A stretch of 64,000 nucleotides of DNA from Chiloscyllium plagiosum (GCF_004010195.1 NC_057745.1:6503142-6567141), one strand, 5' to 3'; positions 37,576 to 50,790 are shown, counted from the first letter of the stretch. Notes: generated by a model from the letters alone, not told the origin. Program-made: numbers and translations.

Positions 37576-38652
37576 CAGCCGGTAAGTCTTTAGGAAGCAT
37601 TAAGCTTCAAAATAAAAAGGGAACATTTCCTCTCCCTTTTCATTTTAAAGTAAAGCTGTCTTTTTTCACCTTGGTGCCTTCTAAACGGCCACAAATTCTT
37701 AAAATAACAATATATCTTTACTTCTTCAAAATTAAACTGAAAACTAAACTCTGGGCAACATTTCTGCTTGATAATAAAATTAACTGTTTCCATGTGAATT
37801 CTTGATTATTACACTTAGTGTAATCTATAGTTATGTTTAGTAATCTATGGTTAGTAAAATGGGTTAATTTAACCATAATAAATAAAATTTTCACAGTCAT
37901 TTTGCTTTAAAAAGTTCTTTTTTTAAGATAAGATAACTACCAGTGCAGCTGAAAATAAAACCTAACATAAAATGACATGCAATTATATCAATTTTTATTT
38001 TAAAAAGGGACCCGCAGATCACTTTAGCCCCAGGGAGGGTTATACTGTTTTTGTGGTCTCTTTGTAGCCCTCTACTGGTGTCAATCTGTAACCATCTATC
38101 TGAAGGCCTAACAACAAAAACTTAGATTTACATAGCAGCTTTAATATGATGACAACTATCTAGGTGCTTTACAGAGGCATTAATAGTCAAAAGTTTACAT
38201 GGAACTGCATAAGGAAATATTAGTCTAGATGACAAAAGCTTGGTCAGAAATTTGTTTTAAGGGTTGTCTTAAAGGAAGAGAAAGATAGAGAGAGGGCATT
38301 GCAGAGCTCAGAGTAATAGAGACTGTGCAAGGAGTTGAAAGGCCAGGATTAAGTAGTTGAAGCTTTACTGGAACAGAAGACAAAATGGGTCAGTGGTGAT
38401 AGGTGGAGGGGCAATGGTACAAGTTAAGTATTGCTAGTGGTAGAGATTTGGAGGAGCTCACACTTCCCAAGTGGGAGACATGGAAAGCTTGACCATGTCA
38501 GTGTACACACTCCTGTGCTTTCAATTTTCCCTTTCCTCCGTTACAGCAGTGTCTCCCTCTGCTCGTTAATCCTATTCAATGGTACAAATGAGGCTCACTA
38601 CATAGAACAAAGCACAGTTTGCATTTAAATGGCGCGCATTGCATACAGCCAT

Positions 38653-39575
38653 AATCATAGAGATGTACAGCATGGAAACTGACCCTTTGGTCCACTTTGT
38701 CCATACTGACCAGATATCCCAACCCAATCTAGTCCCACCTGCCAGCACCTGGCCCATATCCCTCCAAACCCTTCCTATTCACATACCCATCCAGATGCCT
38801 TTTAAATATTGCAATTGTACCAGCCTCCACACTTCCTCTGACAGCTCATTCCATACACGTACCACCCTCTGCGTGAAGAAGTTGCCCTTTAGATCTCTTT
38901 CATATCTTTCTCCTCACCCTAAACCTATGCCCTCTAGTTCTGGACTCTCCCACCCCAGGAAAGAGACTTTGTCTATTTACACTATCCATGCCCCTCATGA
39001 TTTTATAAGCCTCTATAAGGTCACTCCTCAGCCTCCGATGCTCCAGGGAAAACAGCCGCAGCCTGTTAAGCCTCTCCCTCCAGCTCAAATCCTCCAACCC
39101 TGGCAACATCCTTGTTAATCTTTTCTGAACCCTTTCAAGTTTCACACCATCCTTCCGATAGGAAGGAGACCAGAACTGCACACAATATTCCAACAGTGGC
39201 CTAACCAATGTCCTGTACAGCTGCAGCATGACCTCCCAACTCCTGTACTCAATACTCTGACCAATAAAGGAAAACATACCAAATGCCTCTTCACTATCCT
39301 ATCTACCTGCAACTCCACTTTCAAGGAGTTATGAACCTGCACTCCAAGGTCTCTTTGTTCAGCAACACTACCCAGGACCTTTCTATTAAGTGTATAAGTC
39401 CTGCAAAGATTTGCTTAGATAGGATAAACTCCATCTGCCACTTCTCAGCCCATCTGATCAAGATCCCATTGTAATCTGAGATAACCTTTTTTGCTGTCCA
39501 CTATACCTCCAATTTTGGTGTCACTTGCAAATTTACTAACTATACCTGTCATGCTCACATCCAAATCATTTATTT
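38653..39575 (-). mobile_element. 5'-truncated CR1 LINE (HER1-like)
   Basis: ORF 38900..39277 LVRPLLEYCVQFWSP; same subfamily as 3773-4876 and 9012-10425. Confidence 0.92.
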
Positions 39576-40989
39576 AATAATGTTAAGGATAATGTAAGCA
39601 TTATATATTAAGGATTATATGTTAAGGATTATATAAGCATGTTAAGGATATTCCATAGAGTTTTCCTCCCGACGAGTGATCTTGATGTGCATGCATTCAT
39701 AGAGAAGTAGAACACTGATAGCCCTTACAGACAAATGTGCACTGACCATGTAGACAAAGATCTCTCAACTAGGAGACCCAGGTTTGGATCTCACCTACTC
39801 TGGAGATGTGTCATAGCACATGATATGGAGGTGCCTGGTGTTGATCTGGGATGGACAAAGGCGGGGGGGCGGGGGTGGAAAGGGGAATGGGGGTAGGGAG
39901 AGAATGACACAGGCTCAAATCCTACCATGGCAGCTGGTGGAGCTTGATTTTAAATGACTGTGTGGAAATTGAAACTTAATTTCACTAATGGTGATCACAA
40001 CTTACTAAAACCAAACCTGGCTCACTCATGTCTGTATGGGAAGGAAACCTGCTAATCTTTCTCGGTCTGGCATCCATGTGATTCCAGATCCACTGCAATG
40101 TAGTTGACCCCAAAAATACTGTCAGTGACTGCCCAGCAATACCAGTCAACTGAAGGGCAGTTAGAGATAGACAACAAGTGTTGGCTCTGGCAGCAACACA
40201 CAGATCTCATTAAATAATAAAGAAACTCAAGTCTGGGCCACTGCTCTCAGTAACAGAGCTGATCAGGGGACCAGCTGGTGTACTTCCTGACCTGAGAAAT
40301 TTTCAAACAGTTTCATCATGCCCAGGAAATGACATAGGTGAAAACTCCAGACGATGGCGAGACACCAACTTCACACTCATGGTTTGTAAAGATGCCCTGA
40401 ATGCCTTCGTGCACATTTACATCTCATCCTATCACTGTCTGCATCCCTGGTTTGTCAGAACTCAGTTGGAGACTGCAAGCTGCAAGTGTAACTGTGAAAG
40501 TCTAGCAATGTAATGACCACAGATTCCTTCAGATGACATCACCTCTATGCTAATAATCGACAATGCTACAAAGATACAGAACCCAGAAAACCCTCCGAAT
40601 GACAGGGTTTAAATGAAAAAAAAAGTGACCATCTTTTAAAAAGCCTACAGCCTGATTAGTGGTCGATATTAACACTGAGAGGTAGAACATAGGAAGCAGC
40701 TATTCAGCTTCCCCCTCATCCTTTACAAGAGTAATACAAAACTAATCTGCTCCCTAGGCTAGAATCTTCCAACATTTCAAATAATCAATTAAATTCTCTT
40801 TAAAAATATTGCACTCTCTCTTTTTGAAAACATCTTCTTTCTGGGAATGATCCGACAGCATCTGTTACCCATCTTTAATTTCCCTTGAATGGGAAACTTT
40901 CAGAGAAACTGTACATTGTCCCTGGTGTCTGCAGTTGAATGGATGCAGGTGAATGCTATTCAAGAGATTAATTTACCTCCAAGCCAAAG

Positions 40990-41485
40990 GGGATGGCTAG
41001 GTCAATTGGTTGGATGTCTGGTTTGCAATGCAGACTAGTCCCAGCAGCATGGGTTCAATTCCCACATCAGCTGAGGCCACCATGAAGAGCTCTCCTTTAA
41101 CAGGTTCAAGTGGTAAAGTGATAGTGTTAACGTCGGAGCCAGGAGACCCAAGTTCAAGTCCCACCTGCTCTGGAGGTGTGTAATAACATCTTCGTGCAGG
41201 CTGATGAGAAAAATTGATTAATTTTAAAAAAATCAGGACTGAATTAGAAGGAGCCAGTGGTGCATTGGCAGTGGCCCTACCTTTGAGCCCAGGTGGTCCA
41301 GATTTAAGTCCCACCTTTTCTGGAGGTAATACCATCTCTAATCTGGTTGATTGGAAAACATAATATATATACCTCTGAACCAGGAGGGCTCTTGTGTCAC
41401 AGTGGTATTATCCCTATCTCTAAGCGAGGAAGTCTTTGTCCAGGGTGTATATTAACATTTCTGAACAGGTTGATTACTAAATAAC
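40990..41485 (+). mobile_element. Cluster: head of a second tRNA-SINE family followed by three tandem short SINEs
   Basis: gcatgggttcaattccc head (also 46752-46955 and 51885-51975), then three family cores near 41100-41220, 41250-41360 and 41385-41480. Confidence 0.65.
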
Positions 41486-42384
41486 TATAAATAACAGACT
41501 ACTCCAGTATTCAGTGATTATCATCATCCTGAACTCATAAAACAACTTAGTTGCTGAGCACAGATATATTCCTGTCATTAAAAACAAAAAATTTCAAGAA
41601 ACATGTTGGTTAGATAATGTGCTCTCATGTTGTAAAACTAATGTTTTGTTAATACCATATCTTCTCAAATTACAGCATTTAAATGGCTATACAATTAAGA
41701 AACAAAAATCATCCATTTTACAGTAGACTGATATTTACAAAAGCCATATATTGGAAATTAAATGGCAAATGTAGAAACATGATATCTGCTGCTTGCAGCA
41801 TGATCGACAGCTGGTCGCTGTGTAGAACAGGGAATTCTTATACCTGATACAAACAGTACTTTGCTAACCAATGATACGTCAAGCTATCTTGCAGTTCTGG
41901 TGCAGGATCTCTGCATTCTACAAATACATTCCCCTCCCTCAGTGCCAGAGTTTGTGAAGACCCTGTTGGCTGCCCAACAGAAGTTGGTGCCCTCCTCCTG
42001 TATTTGGATTTTTGCTGGAATTACAGCACTGCCCTGCTCCCTCACCAACACCCAGTCCAGTGTAGCGTCACCTCCAATCGAATGAGCAACTTCAAACGTT
42101 GCCGCAAAGACCCAGAGTGAGCAAGAGCTCCACTGATGAAATCAACAAATATGTCCCTCACCCACAAAGCAACACAAGGCCTCATGTACTTGATATTTGA
42201 GGAGGTAAGGATAAATGATCTCATCATCACACGTTTAATGCTGTTGTATAAGATAGTTAGGGCCTGAAAGGTTTAACAGACATCACAAAATCAGCCCATT
42301 GCCATTAGCTCCTGGGAGGAGCTAACCACTTTGTTATCAATTCTCATACAGTTCCAGTTCACTGCTAAGTTCTATGCATCTAAC

Positions 42385-42740
42385 AGTACCATAGAATTCC
42401 TACAGTGTGGTAGCAGGTCGTTCAGCGCATCGAATCCATACTGACTCTCCGAAGACTACCCATCCCAGACCCAACCCCTACCCTATCCCCATAATGCTGT
42501 ATTTTCCATGGTTATCCATCTAGCCTGCACATCCTTGGACATTACGGGACAACCTCGCACAGCCAATCTACCCTAACCTGGAAATCTCTGGACTGTGGGA
42601 GGAAATGGGAGCACCCGGAGGAAACCCATGCAGACATGGAGAGAACATGCAAACACCAAACAGACAGGTGCTAGAGCTTGAATTGAACCTCAATTGCTGG
42701 CGCTGTGAGGTAGCAGTGCTAACCACTGAGCCACTGTGCT
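42385..42740 (-). mobile_element. HE1-related SINE
   Basis: gagcacccggaggaaaccca V-domain and gtgctaaccactgagccac head on the minus strand. Confidence 0.85.
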
Positions 42741-42919
42741 GCTTATGTATTTATGCTTAGGTCCTGCCTGAAGTCTGAGAAAAAACCTCTCGTGCAAAAC
42801 AGATTGATGTAACTAGCTATTAAGTATTAAGTAACAAACCTCCTCTACCAAGATGGAGCCTGTCCTCTACCAGAAACACCATCCTTCTCCACACTGCATC
42901 AGTATTTGGTAGTCATGCC

Positions 42920-43120
42920 AACAAGATCAGAAGTCGCATGCCACCAAGCTATAGTCCAATAGATTTATTTGAAACCACAAACTTTCGGAGCACTGCTCAG
43001 GTGAAGTCTAAATGAAGGGGCAGTGCTCCGAAAGATTGTGATTTCAAATAAACCTGTTGGACTATAACCTGGTGTCATGTGACTTCTGAGCTTGTCCACC
43101 CCAGCATCTCCACATCATGT
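42920..43120. mobile_element. Palindromic Penelope-derived element (same family as 15336-15550)
   Basis: Inverted arms; atgaaggggcagtgctccgaaag decayed hammerhead. Confidence 0.75.
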
Positions 43121-43782
43121 CAACAAGGAGGATTGATGGCAATAAATTTACCCAAAACTTCTAAGATAGAGCTGGTAGACACAAATACAACATATATCAC
43201 TTGACCGACAGCGCTGGTGTCTGAAAACACACCAGAAATGATCACAAATTTTATACAAGCTTCTCTCATCTTCATTTTTCTTCCCTGGGCTCTCTGCCAG
43301 TGACAATAGAGAACAGCACTAATATCATGGAAACACTGACACTTCCTTGTTCTCCTTTAAATCAGCAAGTTATCCTGATTCGGTCACATAGCCTTGTTTC
43401 CCCAATAGCTCTGGGTTGATTCCTGAAAGCTCCTGCTCCCAAAATGGGAATACCCTCACCGCAATGCTGTAGCAGGTGAAACAGAATCCCTCACTGCCAC
43501 CTTCTCAAGGCAAATGAATGGGATCTCATCAGCAGCAGTCACACCCCAAAAACAAACATCTACTACAGATGTTGTTTTCCCATTCCACAATCTTCACTGA
43601 TCTCAGCAGCCTCACTGAAGTGAGCCAAGTCTGGGTTGTCCCACTGGGTGGGACAATGAGGTAGGGTAAGAGGATAAGCATGACCATAAGGTATGCTAGT
43701 AAGTCAGTTCTTTTAGGACTTTTATCGTTTACCCCATAATTGGTGCACGGACAAGGTTATAAAGAACTTCATTAGTGCGTAC

Positions 43783-43918
43783 CTTGTTCTTGTGTTTTCC
43801 ACTTGACATCTTATTTTTGAGGTAGCTGAAAGTTCGAGAGACTTTAGTGCTGCCTTTCCCTTCCAAATCCTTCCTTGTTGGACTCGGGGGCACTTGGCTG
43901 TAATCCTCTTCGGAAATG
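43783..43918 (-). CDS. AKAP13: AKAP13-like exon (SISEEDYSQVPPSPTRKDLEGKGSTKVSRTFSYLKNKMSSGKHKNK)
   Basis: ttgtacag acceptor, gtacgc donor; 136 nt, phase 2 to 0. Contains the Lbc-family TKVSRTFSY-KNKMSS motif; visible in ORF 43729..43926. Confidence 0.9.
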
Positions 43919-45048
43919 CTGTACAATTAAGGCATAAACAACTCTAAGATCTGGAATGAAAGCAAAATGCTGGAGAGACTCAGCAGATCTGGCAACCTCT
44001 CTGGATAGAGAAGCAGACTTTACGTTTCATGTTCAACATACACACAACTTTGGCCTGAATAAGAGTGACTTTGGATTCAAAATGGTGACTCTGTTTCTCT
44101 CTCCACAAGTGCAACCTGACCCATTGACTGCTTTCAGTTTTGAATCTCACCTTGAATTTGTTTTGGCCAACTCTCGTCTCTGTTGACGCTTCTCCTGGAC
44201 AAGATGTTGTATCATCTCAGAAAGATAATTCCATCCAGAATTCTTGAATAACCACATATACTATTTTAGCCCTGCTGTTACCCAACTGTCTCGGCCCTTC
44301 ATTTTGCTTTCTCTATTTTAAGTAGAATTGCCCAGCCTACAGAAAGCCTAAAATACACAACTTTTGCTTCCAATGTCTGCCTTTCTCTTGCCTTTACTAG
44401 AGCCATCTCTGAAGCTTCTCTTGCCTTCCTTTACTGCACTATTTCCATTTTCCATGATAGACAGTTTTTGCACATTCTTTACAATCCCACAACCATCACT
44501 TTTGCACCACCTGCCCCTCCTTATCTTTCTCTTTACAATATAAAAGCCATCATTTTTACAACTCTCTTCAGTTCTAAGAAAACTTCATTTTGGACTTGAA
44601 ATATTAAATCTATTTCTGTCTTCACTGACCTGTTGAGTTTCTTCAGCACTGTGTGTTTTCATTTCAAATCTCCAACATTCTCAGTATTTTATTTTTGTAT
44701 TTAAAACATGGTTGAGGTTTGAGACTTGTTGCAGGAATTTCTTTATGATTTTATGGGCAATTAAATCACATAGAAGGTGCAGGAGATATAATAATTAGTA
44801 CAGGCAGTCCCTGGGTTGTAAATAGGTTCTGTTTCTGAGTCCCTTCACAAGTCAATTTGTACGCAAGGCAGAACACAATGCATTACAATATAAACTATAG
44901 GCTCATAGGTAATCATGAACCCACTGTAATGAGCAAAAAAACCTAGCAGATTCTATGTGGATAGGGGTTGAGGGGGGTGAGGGGTCCGTCAAAGAATGCA
45001 GGGGGAGGTTAAGGAAGACGCTTTTAAAGCGATGCCAGAATGCCATCA

Positions 45049-45634
45049 GGCGGCACTGTGGCTCAGTGGTTAGCATTGTTGCCTCATAGCGCCAGGGACC
45101 AGAGTTCGATTCCACCCTCGGATGACGGTGTGGAGTTTGCACATTCTCCCAGTGTATTAGATTAGATTCCCTACAGTGCGAAAACATGACCTTCGGCCCA
45201 ACCAGTCCACACCAACCCTCCAAAGACTAGCCCACCCAGACCCATTTCCCTCTGACTAATGCACCTATCACTATGGGCAATTTAGCATGGCCAATGCACC
45301 TGACCTGCACATCTTTGGACTGTGGGAGGAAACCGGAGCACCCGGAGGAAACCCATGCAGACACGGGGAGAACGTGCAAGCTCCACACAGACAGTCGCCC
45401 GAGGCTGGAATCAAACCTGGGACACTGGTGCTGTGAGGTTTCCTCCAGGTGCTCCGGTTTCCTCCCAAATCCAAAGATGTGCAAGTTAGGTGGGTTGGCC
45501 AAGCTAAATTGTGGGTTAGCTTTGAGAAATGCAGGGCTACAGGATAGATATGGGGTGGGATGCTTTTCGAAGGATCGATGTGAACTCGATGGGCTGAATG
45601 GCCTGCTTCCACACTGTAGGGATTCTATGATTCT
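45049..45634. mobile_element. Nested HE1 SINEs: plus-strand copy (45049-45155 and 45439-45634) interrupted by a minus-strand copy (~45156-45438)
   Basis: Head and V-domain of the plus copy are split by an inverted copy beginning attagattagattcc. Confidence 0.85.
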
Positions 45635-46339
45635 AAATGTCCAGTTAATATCAGGTATAAAGCAGGGAAACTAGCAGGTTCAGATTTAATCTTTATCTAT
45701 GATGCATCAGATAAGGTGGTAGAAAAGCTGAAGGCATTGCATCTGGTTTCAATGTGCTGCATTGGGGTATCACCTTATTGATACCCAGCCTGACCTACAG
45801 GTGACTGCAGACCCACTACAATCTGTTGATATTTAAGAGTTCTCGGAAATGGCCAAACAAGCCTTGCAGTTCAAAGGGAACTGAGGAGGGGCAACAAATG
45901 CTGGCTTTGTCAGTGATGCCCACACTATATAAGAGAGTTAAAGATCTCCTGCTGGAAGATGGGTACACATTCATGACTGTGAGAGTGGAGTTGACTGACC
46001 ATGTGGTGGAAGCAGATTCAGTCATGGTTTCAAAAGGGAATTACATTATTATCTGACAAGATTTATAGGGCTACAGGGGAATGAGCTGCTCTAAGAGAAA
46101 CAGGATGTGGTGTGATGAGCTGGGAGGCCCCACTTTGGAGATATAATCATTCTATGTGAAGATATGACTTTTTGTTTTTTATATATATAAAGTTTAAAAA
46201 CTGAGAATACTCAACAAACTTCAGAATGTTTAGGAAACCAGAGATAGAAAATAATTAGTTGACATTGGGTCTGGGTCCTAGCTCAAACAAACTATTTTAA
46301 AAAAGTTCTACTTACTAACAGTGAATTGGAGTCACTTAC

Positions 46340-46376
46340 CTCTGGCCCAGAGAGTTACTGGTGGACGATCTTAAAT
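46340..46376 (-). CDS. AKAP13: AKAP13-like 37-nt small exon (LRSSTSNSLGQS)
   Basis: ttttcccctccag acceptor, gtaagt donor. Phase 1 to 2 is exactly what is needed to join the upstream exons to 43783-43918. Confidence 0.75.
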
Positions 46377-46751
46377 CTGGAGGGGAAAATTCCAATATTA
46401 ATATTTTTGTAATTTCACAAGTGTAGAAATTTGCTAATTGTTAAAAATCAAAATAGCACAAATACAGAAATGACAAACAACTGAAATGGCCACATTTATA
46501 CTACTATTTATATAATTACTACAAAGGACACATTAATAGATGAAGGTTGTACAGTAAAGCGATGGAATTATTTTAGACACTGAGAATAACTTCACTCAAG
46601 GAAGTCAGCTGGCAACAGTTTCACATGTTCAAAATGAGTTATATATACAGATTTCCTCCAAGCATTTAAGGCAAAAATCTAGAAATAAAATCAGATGAGA
46701 TTTATATAAATGCACATTTTTCTTTACAACAAAGTGTGTTCTAGGAGTAGA

Positions 46752-46955
46752 GGGTTGGTTAGCTCAGTAGGCTGGGCAGCTGGTTAGTGACGCCAATGGA
46801 ATGGGTTCAATTCCTGCATTGGCTGAGATTACAATGAACAACTCTCCCTCCCCTTGCCTAAGGTGTGGAGACCCTCAGGTTCAACCAACACCTGTCGTCT
46901 CTCTCTAATGAGAGAGCAGCCCCATCATCTGGTAAGACAATAGCAATGTTACCTT
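46752..46955 (+). mobile_element. tRNA-derived SINE, second family
   Basis: tagctcagtagg A box, ggttcaattcc B box, internal hairpin ctctctctaatgagagag. Confidence 0.65.
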
Positions 46956-47165
46956 TATCATACCTTTTAGCTGTACAAAATATTGCTAATTAAAAATAAC
47001 CCTCACCCAAAGACTCCGCTTGCTGATCACAACACAACACATTTATATGCTTTAAAAATGTGCAGTGATTCAATGATCACCCACTTGTAAAAATACCTGA
47101 ATACTCCATTATCTTGATATCCTATGGGCAGCACAGTGGGAAATTGGCAACTTGTGAATACAGTT

Positions 47166-47323
47166 GACAGCGTGTTGCTGGAAAAGCACAGCAGGTCCTG
47201 ATGAAGGGCTTCGTCCCGAAACGTCAATTTTCCTGATCCTCGGATGCTGCCTGACCTGCTGTGCTTTTCCAGCAACACACTCTCGACTCTGATCTCCAGC
47301 ATCTGCAGTCCTCACTCTCTCCC
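47166..47323. mobile_element. Penelope-derived element with 16-bp TSD ACTTGTGAATACAGTT
   Basis: TSD at 47150-47165 and 47324-47339; partial inverted arms. Confidence 0.8.
47198..47225 (+). ncRNA. Minimal hammerhead ribozyme core (Penelope type)
   Basis: CTGATGA-aGGG cttcgt CCC-GAAAC-GTC: conserved core boxes, stem II, palindromic ACGT stem III, GUC cleavage triplet. Confidence 0.65.
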
Positions 47324-48809
47324 ACTTGTGAATACAGTTTTATTTAGAAACCACACATAGGGTGAGGATGGCATATTTGGGAGTGGGCTGGAGTGACAGC
47401 AGACACATAGAAATGTTAGCTCTTTCTGTTTCAGAAACACGCTCATTGAATTGACAGGTTGAAGTCATCCCTTGTCCTTGGACTTGAGCATTTAACTGCC
47501 TGATGATTCAAATTAAGCATTGTAAATCACAAAATAAATTTAAGTAACATTCCTCACCTCTCGGCCTATGTATGTAACGTTCCTGTGTTTAAACAAGTCT
47601 ATTTTATCAGACAGTATAAGAATGGATCAGACCGTAATTCTTAACTTACACTTTATTGCTTGTTTGAAGAAATTACGCAGTCAATTGACAATTAAATGAT
47701 ATAAAATACAATTGTATTGAACTGTACAAAATGTGCAATTGATTTTGACCCCGCTAGGATCTACAGAAAGCTGAAAACTAGCCATGGTTGAAGTCACATG
47801 GGTGGGAGGTCACAAACAGGTGAGAAAAAGCACAAGGTAGGTCAGACGGAATCAGCAAGTCTTCCGACAGGATGCAGGAAGGGACAAGAGTTTGAGCAAG
47901 GAAGCCTACCTGTAGATGATCAATAACTACCAAAGGAACTGAACTTTCCATCAACTGTGTTATTTTCCTGAAAGAAATTAAACGTTCTCTTTTGAAAGAT
48001 GATTCACCTATTTAAACTGATCTGGAAGCATTTGCCTAGCCTGAAGTGGGCCCATGTGGAGAATCTAAATCAATCTATCAAACAGATGTCGATCAGTGGC
48101 TAAGCACAGTGTGCATAAAGCCGCACAAACTCTGCTGCTTTGTAGTTACTATCATTCACTCACCATTTTACAATAAACATTTTCTGCTATCTTTCTTTGC
48201 ATAGGGCACACCAGTGTCTGGTCTCTACCCATCAGTCTGAGATTTGAACCCACAATCTCTGACTGAGCTACCGCCAAGTCACAGTGACACCAAATCTGGG
48301 GTAGGTTTGTCCTAACCCAACCCATTACAGCTTTGTCTCGCAGGGGACAGGCAAAGTAGCTGCTCTACCCCACCCTCCAGTCCAAATGCACTGGCTCTCT
48401 GTTGGGCTACAATGTCCATCATTGCCCAGTAAGCTGCAATGGCTTGGACAGCCATGGAAAACTTCACAGGTTCCACCCCAGCCCCATATGACCAATTGCT
48501 CACACACATTTTCAGGCAGGAATTATAGGTACACTGTAAACCAAAACCAACTTCACAGTCCCGAAGCAACATAATTTCTCACAAATTCACTTGGCTCTGT
48601 ATGATATTAGACAAATGGAACACCATCTATAACTTCAGCAGTGATACAGCCACTGATAAGACTATGTAAAGCCCCTATTGTAATCTTGGAGCTGCATTTG
48701 TATCTAAATGATGCAGCCTGACATCCTTAGGCAGAAGGTCACTTGAGGACACCTCTGCTGGTTGTGATTTTGTGGGAAGGATACTGGAAACTCTCAAATA
48801 CTGGTGCTG

Positions 48810-49095
48810 AGCCAAGAAATTACTGGAGAAACTCAGCAGGTTTGGTAACATATGTGGAGAGAAAGCAGAGTTAACCATTCAAGTCCAGTGACCCATCTGC
48901 AGAACTGAGACACTCCACAGATGCTGCCAGACTTGCTGAGTTTCTCTAGCAATTTCTACTTCCAATGTGGAGTGTCTCAGTTCTACAAATGGGTCACTGG
49001 ACTTGAATGGTTAACTCTGCTTTCTCTCCACATATGTTACCAGACCTGCTGAATTCTTCAGCAATTTGCTTCAGATTTCCAGCATTCACAGTTCT
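48810..49095. mobile_element. Palindromic Penelope-derived element with near-perfect ~87-bp arms
   Basis: 48832-48918 is the reverse complement of ~48966-49052, with about 3 mismatches by eye. Confidence 0.8.
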
Positions 49096-49404
49096 TTCTT
49101 TTAATATAGAAATTGAAACAATTTTCCACCTTCACGCAACTCCCTTCCACATTCACATCAGGAATAGAACAGTATTTGCTGTCTTTTTTCTGTGTTGACA
49201 TCCTAATTACATAGAATTTGCAGGGCAGATTCTTCTATTCTTCTACTGGTTCACACACAGGACTAATCCATTCTGGTGCTTACATACCAGCTTCCATTTA
49301 ATGGAGTTCTGTTTTAGACAGAAATGTAGGAATTTAACACAGAACTCTCTTTGTGCAATTCAGGTGTGAACTTTCATAAGAAGGCCCTCCTCAATCTTGA
49401 GTTT

Positions 49405-49737
49405 AGTTTAGATTCCCTCCAGTATGGAAACAGGCCCTTCGGCCCAACAAATCCACACCGACCCTCCGAAGAGTAACTCACCCGGCCCATTCCCCGACTG
49501 TATATTTACCCCGGACTAATGCACCTAACACTATGGACAATTCAGCATGGTCAATTCACCTGACCTGCACATCTTTGGATTGTGGGAAGAAACTGGAGCA
49601 CCTGGAGGAAACCCACGCAGACACAGGGAGAATGTGCAAACTCCACACAGGCAGGTGCCTGAGGCAGTTGCTTGAATCAAACCCGGGTCCCTGGCGCTGA
49701 GGCAGCAGTGCTAACCACTGAACCACCGTGCCACCCC
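49405..49737 (-). mobile_element. HE1-type SINE
   Basis: Head, V-domain and tail on the minus strand. Confidence 0.9.
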
Positions 49738-49744
49738 TGAGTTC

Positions 49745-50790
49745 ATAGACTCAGAGTCCTACAGCATGGAGACAGGCTCTTTGGCCCAAACTGGTCCATG
49801 CCGACCAAAATGACAATCCACACTAACCCCATTTCCCTGGATTTGGCCTATATCCTTCGAAACCTTTCCTATCCATGTATTTGTCCAAATGCCTTTTAAA
49901 TGTTGATTATGTACCCACCTCAATGACTTCCACTGGCAACTCATTCTAAATGCGTACCACCCTCTGTGTAAATAAAGTTCCCCTCAGGTTCCCTTTTATT
50001 CTTTCCCCTTTAACCTTAAATTGATGCCCTTTAGTCCTTGATTCTCCAACCCTGTGAAAAAGACTGAATGCATTCACCATATCCATGTATCTCAGGATCT
50101 TATACACTTCTATAAGATCCCCCACTTCAGTCTCCTAAGCTCGAAAGAAAAAAGTCCTCGCTTGTCCAACCTCTCCCTGTTGAATCCTGGCAACGTTCTT
50201 GTTAATTTCTTCTGCACTCTTTCCAGTTTAATAGCATCTTTCCTATAATAGTGTCTAAAACTGAACACAATACCCAAATACCAACTTCCTGTACTACTGC
50301 AACATAACTTCACAACTTCTATACTTAATGCCCTGATTGATGAAGGTCAGTTTGCCAAAAGCCACCTTCACTGCCCTGTCTACCTGAGACTCCACTTTCA
50401 GAGAACTGTGCACCTGAACGCCAAGGTTCCTCTGCTCCACTACACTCCTTAAGGCCCTACCATTCACCATGAAACTCTTGCCTTTATTTGAATTTCCAAA
50501 ATGCAAGACCTCACATTTAACTACATTAAAATCCATTTACCATTTCTCAGCCCACTTCCCCAGCTGATCAAGGTCCTGCTGCAATTTCTGATAACCTTCC
50601 TCACTGTCCATGATACTGCCTATTTTAGTGTTATCTGCAAACTTACTAATCATGCCTTGTACATTCTCATCCAAATCACTGATATAGACAACAAACAGTA
50701 ATAGGCCCAGTAACGATCCCTGACACACTCCACTAGTTACAGGCCTCTCGTCTGACAAGCATCCTTCTATTACCCTCTGCTTCCTACCAT
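49745..50790 (-). mobile_element. 5'-truncated CR1 LINE
   Basis: ORFs 50537..50758 (GVCQGSLLG, KFADNTK), 50294..50536 and 50110..50313. Confidence 0.9.
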
